A stretch of DNA of 64,000 nt. Origin: Felis catus (Eukaryota). This document shows, piece after piece, positions 52,341 to 64,000 of the stretch (its first letter is position 1; each line of letters opens with the position of its first letter). Position numbers and translations under genes: made by a program. The notes below the pieces were generated by a model. That model worked only from the letters and a program-made list of their open reading frames with translations, was not told the DNA's origin and ran no database searches. The stretch is taken from positions 206,832,001 to 206,896,000 of the forward strand of contig NC_058368.1 in assembly GCF_018350175.1 (NCBI RefSeq), written 5' to 3'.

Positions 52341-52529
52341 AGACAGAAATAGCTATAGTCGGAAGGATAGAGATAGGGAATTAACCTAACACCTAACGGA
52401 ATTAAGAACTTAACGTAATTAAGAACTTGAGGGTTGATCTGGCTTTTTCAAACATATTTCTCTGGACAGAACAAAAAATAGATGCTAGGGATGGAGATTT
52501 ATTTGTTTATTTATTTACTTAGAGTAATG

Positions 52530-52850
52530 ATAGCTATAAAAAATCAAACTGAAAATTTCAATGGTTTAACATAATGGAACATAATTTCTCAGTCATGGAA
52601 CGATCCATTGAGGGTGTTACTGTTTGGTTGTGGCCTTTAACATAGTGTCTCAGACTCGGGTTTCTTCCATCCTGAAACCCCACCACCCACTGACACCCCA
52701 AGAAGAGAAGGGAAAGAGAGTAGAGGCCTACCTGCATCTTTAAAAAAATCCAAGCCCAGGAGTAACACACATCATTTTACTTATATTTTATTGGTGTGAA
52801 TTAGTCATATGACTATGGGTTTAAGCAAGAGACTGTGCTAGAAAATGTAC
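52530..52850 (-). mobile_element. MLT1 (K/L/M-like) LTR
   Basis: 'caatggtttaacata', 'ctcgggtttcttccatc', 'cattttacttatatttttattgg...attagtcatatgac'-like segments. Confidence 0.65.
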
Positions 52851-54164
52851 CTCCTGCCTTGGAGAATGCCTTTGAGAAACACTGCCATATTCTAGAAAGG
52901 GGAGAGGGACAGAAACACTTTTTTTTTTTTTATGGCCAAGCTAGTGTCTTTGCACACTTACTGAAGGAATACAAACTGCTGACTGGTTATTTAAATATAA
53001 TCCCAACCTTGAATTTTATCAATCTCTAGGCAATTATGTGAAATTTTAAAAAACAACATATTAATTTTTAATTTGAAAAAATAAGCATATGCTATTGGCA
53101 TTTTGGAATGAGGTATGCAGATCTTCATGATCACAGATATTTTTATGACTTTTTATAAGAGGACAAAATATTCCCTGGCAGAAGGAGAGAAATTAGTTAG
53201 GTTCGCTTATCTTACTTAGAGACATGTTCTTTCCTAATTTCTCCCAAGACTGGAACGACTAATTACATGGATGGATCTTAAATCTAATGGAAGGGAGCAC
53301 AGAGGGGATTCTTAAATAAGCCTTTTCAGTTTCTTTTCTAACCGTAAGCCTTTATTCAGTTGCAACAGGAAATTAAACAATTTGAACGTATGAAAATTTC
53401 AGTTTGAGGTATTTTATTTTTATCATTCTTAAAAACTCATTGGCTCATGTGAGCTTTCTTATGGTAAGATTTATAATGTGAAAGTTTTTTATGGTCAAAA
53501 TTTATAATGGGAAATACCACAGAAGTGTCTGTGTTCGGTAAGAGGAGTTTCAGATCAGATAAGAAGGTGGGAGAACTGCACATGCAGAAGAAATTACTGC
53601 ACATTGTGCCACCCTAGCACTGGAGCGAATGGCAAATGTGACTGTAGACCCAGAAACAGTGAGAGCAGGAATAATATCTGACTCATCCATTCAAGGGTGG
53701 AAAAATGACCGGAATTCTTACTTCAGCCTAAGTGCAATAAAGCACCAGGTGCTGGGATCCTGACCTGATATACATAAATTAAAAATAACTGCAAAATGTT
53801 ATATCTGTGTGGTGCTTTGTGTCTTCCAAAACACCATCTGGGGTTGGTATTTATCCTCATTGCAACACAGTAATAAAGATAGTCAAACAGTTATAAAGTT
53901 AAGCTATTCAAAGAAGTTAGGTATGTGCAGATCCTTTGGTTAAATTGCCCTTCAGCGATTAAGAGTGTTACTAAAACTGGTAAACTTCCACTTGACTTTC
54001 TATCACTTCTTGTTCTCTTATTGATTGAATGCACTTTAAGTACAGCCTAATACACTAATACTCATGAATAACATTTTTGACTGGGTGAGCTTGGTGATGA
54101 ACTAATTGGACTACTTTTCACCACAGGAGGTTGAGGTAATCCGGAATCCTTGCATAGTTGGGTT

Positions 54165-54215
54165 TTTGTTTCTTTGTTTTTTAAGGGTTTTTTTTAAAGT
54201 TTATTTATGTATTAT

Positions 54216-54261
<46 letters not shown>

Positions 54262-54407
54262 TGGGGGAGGGGGAGAGAGAGAGGGAGAAAGAGTATCTAT
54301 CCCAAGCAGGCTCTGCACTGTCATGGCAGAGTTCTATGCTCAGGAACCTGGAAATCATGACCTGAGCCGAAGTGGGACACTTAACTATCTGAGCCACCCA
54401 GGTGCTC
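54165..54407 (-). mobile_element. Can-SINE with (GA)n
   Basis: 'cccaagcaggctctgcactgtc...atcatgacctgagccgaag...tgagccacccaggtgc'. Confidence 0.93.
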
Positions 54408-54419
54408 TGGGTTCTAGGT

Positions 54420-54545
54420 TGTTTTTTTTGGCACTTTACAAGTTTTATGATCTTGATCAAATTTCTTATCTCTTTGAGTCTGCTTCTTTATATGTAAAAT
54501 AGAGGTAAATTTCAGTATCCTGAAATGAACATAGGGTAATTTACA
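54420..54545 (+). mobile_element. MIR
   Basis: 'tgatcttgatcaaatttcttatctctttgagtctgcttctttatatgtaaaatagagg'. Confidence 0.65.
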
Positions 54546-54675
54546 AACATTGAAACCAAGTCTTATAAATCTTAAATGTTATACAAATATAAAGCAATAT
54601 TATTATTTGTCTTCCTCTTCCTGGTTGGTCTTTGTAATCCAGCCCAATCCAAAGATAAATAGATCTAAACTCATC

Positions 54676-54876
54676 GGGGCATCTGGGTGGCTCAGTTGGT
54701 TAAGCGCTCAGGTCATAATCTTGCGATTCATGAGTTCAGGCTTTGTATCAGGTTCTGCCTGTGCTGACAGCTCAGAGCCTGGAGACTCCTTCGAATTATG
54801 TGTCTCCCCCTCTCTTTCTGCCCCTCCCCCACCCACGCTCTGTCTCTCGAAATGAATAAACGTTGAAAAAAAAATT
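54676..54876 (+). mobile_element. Can-SINE
   Basis: Head 'ggggcatctgggtggctcagttgg'. Short TSD taaactc. Confidence 0.93.
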
Positions 54877-54963
54877 TTAAACTCCTCTAACCAATGGGTT
54901 TCAGCCTAAATGAAATTGGTTCTTGAGATAACAAACTTGCTTTATGAATTCTTATCTTTGACT

Positions 54964-55076
54964 TAGGTTGATCAACTATTATAGTTTGTCTGGGATTCTC
55001 TGGCTGTTAGCACTGAAAGTCCGGTGTCCTGGCAAACCGCTCAGTTCTGGGCAAACCAAGATTTATGATCCTACCT
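54964..55076. mobile_element. MER81 hAT MITE
   Basis: 'tagtttgtctggga...ttagcactgaaagtccggtgtcctggcaaaccgctcagttctgggcaaacc'. Confidence 0.8.
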
Positions 55077-56101
55077 TGACTTTCTGGTTGTAAGAATCCT
55101 AAACAGAAACTTTCAACCTTCTCTTATTTTTAATATGAGATCATTCTTTGGCAAGAGTATCTTTGTCATATTAGTACATTTGTTTTTCAGAATATGGATT
55201 ACATCAGACTTTCAACAAAAACAGTTGGCTAAAGTATACAATACAGTTTATATGCCTGCATATTGACATAGGACTTGCACAGAAATACGAGCTCAGTTGC
55301 TTGTTCTGACAGTTAATAGGTATGATAACCTCCACTTGAATGCTCATTACATTCAACAGAAATTATGTAACCATCTGTCTCCCTCCTCAGAAGATAGAAG
55401 CAGGAATCCAGTCATGTTCATCTTTGATTCTGTAGCATCTAGCATGCTAATTGGCACATTGGAGACACCTAGGGTATGTATGATAAACCAAAATATAGAG
55501 CTTAGAACTTACATGGAGCAACCCTTATGACAGTCAGTTTTTTGATAATCTATGAAATATACATAATAAAATCTTCATTTAAGCCTCATAGAGTTTAGTG
55601 AAGCTTAAGTGAAATAATATGAAAATGTGAATTACTTTTGTAAAGTATTAAGTACAGTAAAGTTTAAGTTTGAGAAAGGATTTTTATTAATATTAATAGC
55701 CCTACCATTTCAATTTGTCTTTTAGTCTGCCATGCTTCCTAGATTCTTGATTTTTGTCTTTGAATATTCAATTTGTGCTTCTATCCAAGAGTTTACCTCA
55801 TGTATCCTGTACATAAGTGACTGCAAGGCAATGTGAAACAGACTGCTTGTCATGGATACAGCCACTTATAAATTAATATCGTCATATCTAAATATAATAA
55901 GAAATATAGTCTTAAGTTCAATCCAGTTTATTTCCTGGAAGACTTTGCTCAAGAGCCATCTACATTCATATTGTGCAATAGTTGGCAAGCCAATGAAACT
56001 GCAATAAATTATATATTTATTGCCAAAGGAATAAACTCTTCATTGCAACATGGTTCATAGTTGTCTCTTCAACTGTATTTCTATTCAGAAAGCCTTGTTT
56101 A

Positions 56102-56389
56102 TTTATTTATTTTTTTAATATATGAAATTTATTGTCAGATTGGTTTCCATACAACACCCAGTGCTCATCCCAAAAGATGCCCTCTTCAATACCCATCACC
56201 TACCCTCCCCTCCCTCCCACCCCCCATCAACCCTCAGTTTGTTCTCAGTTTTTAAGAGTCTCTTATGCTTTGGCTCTCTCCCACTCTAACCTCTTTTTTT
56301 TTTTTTTCTACCCCTCCTCCATGGGTTTCTGTTAAGTTTCTCAGGATCCACATAAGAGTGAAAACATATGGTATCTGTCTTTCTCTGTA
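56102..56389 (-). mobile_element. Young felid L1 3'UTR stub
   Basis: Antisense L1 3'UTR with a T-rich tail. Perfect 17-bp TSD tcagaaagccttgttta at 56085 and 56390. Confidence 0.95.
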
Positions 56390-57044
56390 TCAGAAAGCCT
56401 TGTTTAAATGTTATCACAACCAAGACTTGATTTTGGTGGCCCATCACAGGTACTGTATTCCTATGGCAGTTCCCATTTAGTTTCTTCTTGGTTCTGAATA
56501 TCCATCAAGAACTCAGAACAGCTTGATTAATGTGGAAGAATGTCTTCGGCTCTAGATATGAATTAATTTAGCTAAGTGATAATTTCTTGGATTATTTTGA
56601 AGATACAACAGGTGGATTTTCAGGGTTTTTTTTCTCCTGCAGGGCACAAATGTGTCAGGTCCCCAGTAACTGAATCCTTTCTTTTTTTCAGTGATCTAAA
56701 GTAGGGTTCCATATAAGGGTGAGTATTTTATAGCCGAACCTACCATTTGCCCTCTGGATATCATGCTACCTCCTTTCTGGGATACTTGGAGTGAGAACAT
56801 ATAGTGCATGGAGTCTTTATCATTAGAGCTGAATTGTACTACACTTTTGTATTGTGGACTCTCTGAAGAAGAAAAGGATACAAGTGACCTTGAGTAGACT
56901 GAGACTCCTCTCAAGATCAGCCTGAACTTGGAGTTGTTGCAGCTCCAGAGGAGGGTAGTAGGAATGGTGAAGGAAAGACCAATGTGGATATGGTCAGCAG
57001 AAGATAAGATGTGCTGGCTTTCTAGGCCCTGTTGTCAGGGAGGA

Positions 57045-57640
57045 GGGACTAGAGCATTTATTCTTTTATGTTTTCATTTTTTTATTCAAAAATTACAAAT
57101 TTATTACCCGCTGTTTATACATTACTACGCAATGCAAACACTGGGTTACAGTGGTGACTGTGATAGGTCTCTGTTTTTATAGAATTTGCCTGTTGCTTTT
57201 TTTTTTGTGGGGGAGCACTGACAGATAGATAATAAATAGATTTAAAAAAATCACCAGGCAACAAAAACAGCCAGTAATAATGTATGCAATGCAAACAATA
57301 AAAATAAGCAATGTGATAATGAGTGTCAGGATGTCTACAGTGATCAGCTGATTAGGAGAATCTTGCTGTGAAGGTGATGGTTACTTGACATTTAACTGAC
57401 AAGCTAGAGCCAGCTGTGGAAAAACTGTGGACATGACATTACCATCAGAGTGTGGCTAGAGCGAAGGCTCTCAGGGAGGAATGCACTTGGTGGTTTGGAG
57501 GAAACAAAGAAGGCCCAAGTGGCTGGAAGAGAGTGATGTGGCAAGAATAGGAGAGGAAGTTGAAGAAAGAAAAAAATGAGCCGGGTTACACAGTGCTCTG
57601 TAGACTAGGATAAGGCACGTGTATGTGTGTATATATAGGG
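57045..57640 (-). mobile_element. L2 3' end
   Basis: 'ttttattcaaaaattac...gtgataggtctctg', 'aggaatgcacttggtggtttggaggaaacaaagaaggcccaagtggctgga'. Confidence 0.8.
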
Positions 57641-59238
57641 AACCATTAGGAGTTAAGTAGGCAGTACATGAGTAAGTACTATGTTGTGCTGACAAAACCA
57701 CGTTGTGCTATTTTGTGTGTTGACTGAAATATAAGTTGAGTAAGGAGTGTGGCACTTGAGATATGGCTTGAGTTGTTGGTGTCTGACATGGGGTCTAAAT
57801 AAGCAGAGGATTTGAATTTAAAGCTAGAGTCCTCTTTTTTTTTTTCTGATTGCAGAGATTAGCTTCCTTTGTCCCACCAGCAGTGAGACGTGTGATACTG
57901 ACACAGCATGGAAGGTTGGTGTGGAACCTTCTCCTGGCTTCAGAAGAAGGAGCTTCAGTGTCTCATTACACAGGAGAGGTTAGACTCTGATGTGCACAGC
58001 AGGTAGGGTTCTGCAGTAAAGCTATGCATATCCCTCTACTTTGTTCTCCCCCAGACATTCTCATGGATATACAGCAACCTGGTCAGTCATGTCATAGATA
58101 CAACACGAGTATCTACTACCATCCAAATGCTTGAATATTTCTATGAGTGAGCACTTTAGAATGAAAATAACAAAGGCTCAGTGATACTTTGAACTACTAG
58201 TGGCCTAATCCTTTTTTTAAACTTCAACAAAATACTGTCTTTGCTTATAGGATTAAAAATATTTAGAAAATGCTCTCAATTCAGTGATTATTATTCACCT
58301 AGTGAGTTAGTGTCTATTGCTGCAGGCCTAGGGAGAGAAACCTTGCTGCCCATGGTGACAAAAGAAATTCTTGGCATAAAATATTGTTGGAAGTTTTCAG
58401 TTCAGTCTGTGTCTTTAAGAGCTTTGCAAGCTATTTATATTTAATCCTTCATCATTCTTATTTTGTAATCATATGTAAATGCCAAGAATTGAAGATGTTG
58501 AAAATTAAGTTGTAGCAGATTATGTAGAAAATCTCAGGGGCACTTATGTAAAGAATGGATAACCTCTGATATTCTGCTTCTCTCTTTTGCTAATTAATCC
58601 ACAAAATTATTCAGGAAGAAGGAGATGGTAATTTGCATGTGCTTCTCCTTACCATCAGGACTCTCAAATATAGTTATGTACGTACTCTATATGTACTGGT
58701 ACATGTAATAGTTCTTTAAACTTCACTATATTAAATGTATACTGAAATTATTTAATAAGGTGGAAAGACAAATAAGAGAGTCTGTTCAAAAAAAGTCATA
58801 GTCCAAACATAGAGCGATCTACAGTAATGAAGAGATTTTGAGCAATTTCTGTTGTATAAAGAAAAGTGAATGCATTTGATCTTGACAGTTCACAGTTCGC
58901 ATTTGATCTTGTTCACCTGTGAGCAACATGCATGGTCTAGTATCATATGATTGCTTTTATTTCTCTGTTGGATTAGCTATATTGCTTGATTCTTATTATA
59001 TAAATGAAAATATATACTTAAGATATAAGTACTTTTTATTTGTAATTGATCTTAGGATCAACTTAGAGTAAACATAGAAGACTTAATTATGCTTAAAGAA
59101 CAGAACGTAACTATCATAAACTTCATGAATATAAAATATATTTAAAAGTCTATAAAAATTATTGGAATCTATCTTTCTACCCCAGAGTGTAATAGCAAGG
59201 AGAGGAAGTGGAGAATAACTCACAGCCCCAAGTTTTCT

Positions 59239-59385
59239 TTTCTTTTCTTCTCTTCTTTTTTAAATTGAAGTATAGTTAACACACGGTATTACATTGGTGT
59301 CAGCTGTACAAATAGAGATTCCATAAGTTTATAGATTATGCTATGCTCACCACAAGTGTAGCTACCATCTGTCATCATACAGGGT
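59239..59385 (-). mobile_element. Carnivore L1 3' stub
   Basis: 'ttttttaaattgaagtatagtt...ctcaccacaagtgtagctaccatctgtca'. TSD ccaagttttct at 59228 and 59386. Confidence 0.9.
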
Positions 59386-59583
59386 CCAAGTTTTCTAATC
59401 TTTCATAATAGAAAGTTAAGAGATATTGTCTAAGATTGATGGAATAATAAACAGGGATATAAGTATACTATTTGGAGTTTTTAAAGTAACCAATAGAACA
59501 AAATATCCTTACTAGAACTTGGAAGAATAGATGGGAAGTTTCTAAGGGACTAAAGTTCTCATCTTTCAAGTGGGAAGTCAATG

Positions 59584-61200
59584 TGCTGCAGGCCCCTCCC
59601 CCAATGTATGCAAACCCTGCCAAAACATCTCTTGACCCACATGTTGTGCAGGACCTCAGTTCTGGCAGTGTCTGGGGCAGGTCTTATTTGCAAGCAGCCT
59701 ACCACACACCTTGTTAAAACATGCCCCACCCCCGCTGGGGATCAAACACCACCCACAATAGACAAAGAGAGCCTTTGCAGATAACTGGACTGAAGGAAAA
59801 AGAGGCTAAGACTCAACAGCAGAGCACACAAAACATACATAGGAGACACCCCTGAAGTGCCAGGCCCTGGGGAACAGGGGACACTGAACTGCAGGGCACT
59901 ATGGGACCTCTACTTCATAAGGCTATTATTGTTAAGAGCAATAGAAGTACCTAACCTTCCTAACACAGAGAAACAGACACAGAAGTTAGATTACATGAGG
60001 ACACAGAGAAACATCTCCCAAATGAAAGAACAGGATCAAACCATAGCAAGAGACCAAAGCAAAATGGATGTAAGTAATATGCCCAATAGAGAATTTAAAG
60101 TAATAATCATAAAGGTACTCACTGGGTTTGAGAAAAAGGTGGAGGACATCAGTGAGACCCTTAACACACAGATAAAAAAGAACCAATCAGAGATCAAGAA
60201 CAGAATAAATGAAATTCAATATACACTTGATGGAATAAAGAGCAAGTTAGATGAAGCAGAGGAATGAATTAATAACCTGGAAGACACAGTAATGGAAAGT
60301 AACAAAGCTGAGAAAAGGAGAGCAGAAAGAAAACTATATGCAAATTAAGAATAGTCTTAGGGAACTCAGTGACTCCATCAAGCATAATAACATTCATATT
60401 ATAGGGATCTCAGGAGAAGAAGAGAGATAAGGGGGCAGAAAGTTTATTTGAAGAAATATTAGCTGAAAAGCTCCCTAATCTGGGGAAGGAAACAGATAGC
60501 CAGATCCAAGAGGAGCAGAGACTCCCCCAAAAATTCAACCCAAGGAGGTCCTCACCAACACATATAGTAATTAAAATGACAAAAAGCAGCGATAAGGAAA
60601 AAATTTAAAAACAGCAAGAGAAAAGAAGACAGTTACATACAGGGGAAGCCCCATAAGGCTATGCGTGGATTTTTCAGTGGAACCTTTGCAGGCTAGAAGG
60701 GAGTAGCATGATGTATTCAAAGTGATGAAAGGGAAAAATCTGCAGCCAAGTATACTCTATCCAGCAAGGTTATTGTTCAGAATAGAAAGAGAGATAAAGA
60801 ATTTCTCAGATAAACAAAAACTAAAGGAGTTCATGACCACTAAACCAGCCCCACAAGAAATATTGAAGGGGACTCACTGAGTGGAAAGGAAGATCATAAG
60901 TGAGAATATGAAAAAGAAAAACACAAAAGTAGTAAAAATAATTATTTCTGTAAAAATCAGTCAAGGGATTAATAAAAGAATGAAAATATGACACCATTTA
61001 CCTAAAATGTATGAGGGAGAGGAGCCAGGAATGAGTTTAAACTTAAGCGACCATCAACTTAATATAGACTGCTGTATGCAGAAGAGGTTATATACAAACC
61101 TAATGGTAACCACAACTCAAAAACCAGTAATAGATATGCAAGGAATAAAGAGAAAGGGATTCAAGTATATCAGTAAAGAAAGCCAACAAGCCATGAAAGA
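59584..61200 (+). mobile_element. Carnivore L1 5' fragment (partial 5'UTR, ORF1, inter-ORF spacer; no ORF2, no tail)
   Basis: ORF1-like translation MRTQRNISQMKEQDQTIARD...REFKVIIIKVLTGFEKKVEDISETL. Flanked by an 18-bp near-perfect direct repeat. Confidence 0.93.
59995..60880 (+). pseudogene. L1 ORF1p remnant
   Basis: ATG at 59995, stop at 60265, later frameshifts, C-terminal KQKLKEFMTTKPA-like sequence ending TGA at 60878-60880. Confidence 0.9.
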
Positions 61201-61429
61201 TCAAGTGGGAAGCCAATGGATCTCTAAAGGTCATAAATCAAGGAATGGAGATAAATCCTATTATTTGTATTATGATTATAACCATTATAAGAACTATATT
61301 CAGAAATGTTAGAAAGAGATTTTCTCTGAGGAGTGAGACTTGGCATAGGTGAGAGACTTAATTTAATAGCTCTTTTTAATATTTTTCGGACATGTGCATG
61401 CATGTTTATAGTAAAGCTGTGCAACTAGC

Positions 61430-61920
61430 TTAATTAATTCACTGCTACAGTGAGTATCTATGAACATCTTTACACACATGTGCAAGAAGGATGAATTCCT
61501 GTTACTAATATTTTTGGTACTTATAGAAACTTCATAATTCTCTTAAAAAATAAAAAAAAGTATGAGTAATTTTGATATTTGACCTTTCTGCTTGATGAGA
61601 AATCTTATTTCATTGTTGTCTTAATATTTGTTAAAAATTCCCAGGGAGGCTGAATCTTTCCTCATGTGCTTATCAGCCATAAAACTCTATGGGTGATTTA
61701 CTTGGCTTTTACACTTTTCCTGGTTTTCTATTGACTGATAGAATTAGATGAATTATGGTACTTCAGTATAGTGAAATAATATTATGTCAGCATTAAAGAG
61801 GATGGGGAAATTATATGAATAAAATAAAAACATGATTATTCCATGTTTACAATATGCCATATTGTTAAGTAAAAGTAATGCGGAATGGTATATAAAAGTA
61901 TGATTTCAGTTTTCATTTAG
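61430..61920. mobile_element. Degraded L1ME fragments, both orientations
   Basis: 'tgagaaatcttatttcattgttgtcttaat...ctcatgtgcttatcagccat' (minus) and 'aattatggtacttcagtatagtgaaataatattatg' (plus). Confidence 0.55.
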
Positions 61921-62239
61921 ATAATAGGTAGACAAATAGTATAAAAATCAACTATTGAAATGGCATTTTTTTCTCCTAACTCCTATCTTTTAGAACTTGA
62001 ACTTTCTTCTATATCATTTCTTCCTCTTTTATTGTTTCCTATTATTTATTCACACTTCATTTTCATCTAATTATATTTTTAATAACAACAATTGTATCCA
62101 AAGCTCTAGTTGGGGAAAATTTATTTTTTATTTAAATCTTCCATGTATTGTCTTATAATGAAATCATTATTTGTCACTTGCTACATCTTCGATAAGAAAT
62201 AGATCTTACAAAACAATCTCTGTTGAAACAGATTTTAGT

Positions 62240-62442
62240 ACTAATATGCAGCATTATTTAGAGTGGAATTTTCAAACCCAGATGTGACTCAACATCATCT
62301 AAAGAATTTGTAAAACGTAAATTCCCAGTCCCATCTATAGAGATTCGATATAAGAAGTCTGAGGTGGGCTTCAAAATTTATATTTTTAAAAGTTCCCAAT
62401 TGATTTAGATACATGATAAGTTTAGGAACAACTAATTTAGAA
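62240..62442. mobile_element. MER5A hAT MITE
   Basis: 'gtggaattttcaaac...aattcccagtcccatctatagagattcg...gaggtgggc...ttaaaagttcccaattgatt...aagtttaggaacaact'. Confidence 0.75.
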
Positions 62443-64000
62443 CTCATCAGAAATAAATTTCTTTATAAATTTCTTTTAATATTTTCAATATATTTGAAGG
62501 TTTGGCTCAAAATACTCTTTTTCTACTTCTTCAACATGGAACTTGTCATCATTTTTATTCTGGAAGTTGATCGACTCTTTAATATATTTGATATTTTTAT
62601 ACTGGCATTTACTGGAATTTAGAAAATAATCCAAATATTTAAAGTGTTCCAGTGTATACCTGTATCTATTTGCCATAAAAATAAGCATTGATTTCCTAAG
62701 ATAAAATAAAGTTAACTGGTACTCAACTGAAATTTAAGTTATGGGCTTAATGAGAGTCAAATCTGAAAAGAATTAGTTCCATTCTACCTGTTTTTCTAAA
62801 TGCTCATTTCAAGGAAGTTGGGTTTATTGAAATTAGCTCATATTTGTCATCCGGAGGAGGAAGAATGAGATTTGCCTTCCCATGTTGGATTGCCAACTGC
62901 TCCAATGCTCACATCTTCAGCTGTAAGAAACAATTGCCCCACAGTTTCCACGGTTCAGACTCCTCTGTGTGTTTCTCTTCACAACAAATAACCTCTCTTC
63001 TCGATGTTGGTATCTAGCATGGTGCCTAGAAAGTAATGGGGCTCAGCAATGCTGCCTCACTCTGATTTCTTTGTTTTTGGTTACTTCTCTGGAATACTTC
63101 TTATTCCCTTAGGCCTGTCTGTAGCCAGTGTTCTATAGATACCTTGCTGAGATATGTGGTCTTGTGTTCCACATATGAAAGCTCGTAGAAGACAGATATT
63201 TTCTACCATGTCTTTGTTTCCATCCTGTGTCATGTTGCCTAGTTCAGAGTAAGAATCAATGTTGGCTGAAATGAACTGAAATTCTACACTAGAGAACATG
63301 TTCTATAACTTTCTGATTTTTTTTAAAAAAGATATAGTTAATAACGTGATGTAATGGCTGCAAAATGGATTTGAATTTAATAGATTCAGATGGAATATTT
63401 TTGAAGATTAAGTAGTTTTTAATAAAATCGACTTTATTATGACCTCCCAGATTACATTTTCCTTCAGAAATCACAAGAAAACTTTAATTTTCTGTTTACC
63501 CTTTTTGATAGTGATTTACACTTTCTCTTTATAGATGGAAACTAAAGGGTAACCTATAGCATATTCTTTAGATGTAAATGCCTATTGAGTACATCCAAAT
63601 TATTAAATGTTATTTATAGGACATGAAAAAGAAAAATGCAATTTTGAAAATATATATTTAAAATATATTTGTTTTTCAAAATTATTTCTTCATATTCAAA
63701 TGGCTGTATTTTAAAGTATGAAACAGCAATAAAAAGTAATACAATACTAATTATTTGAAATCAAAGTAAACATGTTGAACCAATAGATATTTCTTCATGT
63801 TATGAAAACCAGGAGCCACTGAATAAAAGCTGTTGAAAGAATTTGTAGACCACAGGGAAGCCATTTAGCTTCTGGTTCCTTTAAGTTCCAGTTTGAAGAC
63901 TCTTATTTAAGAACTATAACTAATCACATCTGTCATGAAGCACTTGAAAGTCAATACTGATCCAAAACAACAAATAAATGGAGAGAATTTCTGCTGAGGG

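Larger units (their letters stand above)
59190..61400 (+). mobile_element. Ancient L1MC/ME 3' fragment acting as host (59190-59583 and 61201-61400) to two younger L1 insertions
   Basis: Motif 'tctttcataatagaaagttaagagatattgtctaag' and its repeat 'ttctcatctttcaagtgggaag...tctaaaggtcataaatcaagg' read through once the inserts are removed. Confidence 0.65.

Noticed and set aside
53500-53830. AP-1, GATA, MEF2 and RUNX motif cluster
   Set aside because: Short motifs are expected at this density by chance and cannot be supported without conservation or chromatin data.
12795-58660. Strong minus-strand donors (about 12810, 36230, 50300, 51410, 58650)
   Set aside because: None pairs with a clear acceptor and open frame. 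Their number fits chance in AT-rich DNA.
63293-63304. agaacatgttct palindrome as a p53 or glucocorticoid response element
   Set aside because: Only one p53 half-site, and it lacks the 3-nt spacer of a GRE.
1-64000. A protein-coding gene, CRISPR array or prokaryote-like system from the ORF track
   Set aside because: The ORFs are short and map to L1, SINE, LTR, microsatellite or N-gap sequence. There are no regularly spaced direct repeats with unique spacers, and no recognisable non-L1 protein.

Overview
Mammalian nuclear DNA from a carnivore, most likely a felid: the Can-SINEs carry the SINEC_Fc-type 'gagcctgtttcagattctgtgtctccctctctctgaccctcc' segment and the young L1 3' ends are cat-like. 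The window is AT-rich intronic or intergenic sequence with about 17 Can-SINEs (most with readable target-site duplications), young and ancient LINE-1 pieces, L2/MIR relics, MaLR/ERVL LTRs, hAT MITEs, microsatellites and four N gaps. I can support no protein-coding gene, RNA gene or CRISPR array. The only recognisable protein similarity is to decayed L1 ORF1/ORF2. Repeat subfamily names come from recalled consensus sequences and are tentative, and old-repeat boundaries are approximate. I found no well-supported novel biological system. Best leads: (1) an apparent L1 3' transduction at 3545-5475; (2) a TSD-flanked L1 insertion with only 5'UTR, ORF1 and spacer and no poly-A tail at 59566-61218; (3) a non-repeat CpG-retaining patch with strong tandem splice donors at about 19.0-19.5 kb, plus several + strand exon-like segments that could belong to an unidentified multi-exon 5'UTR or lncRNA.
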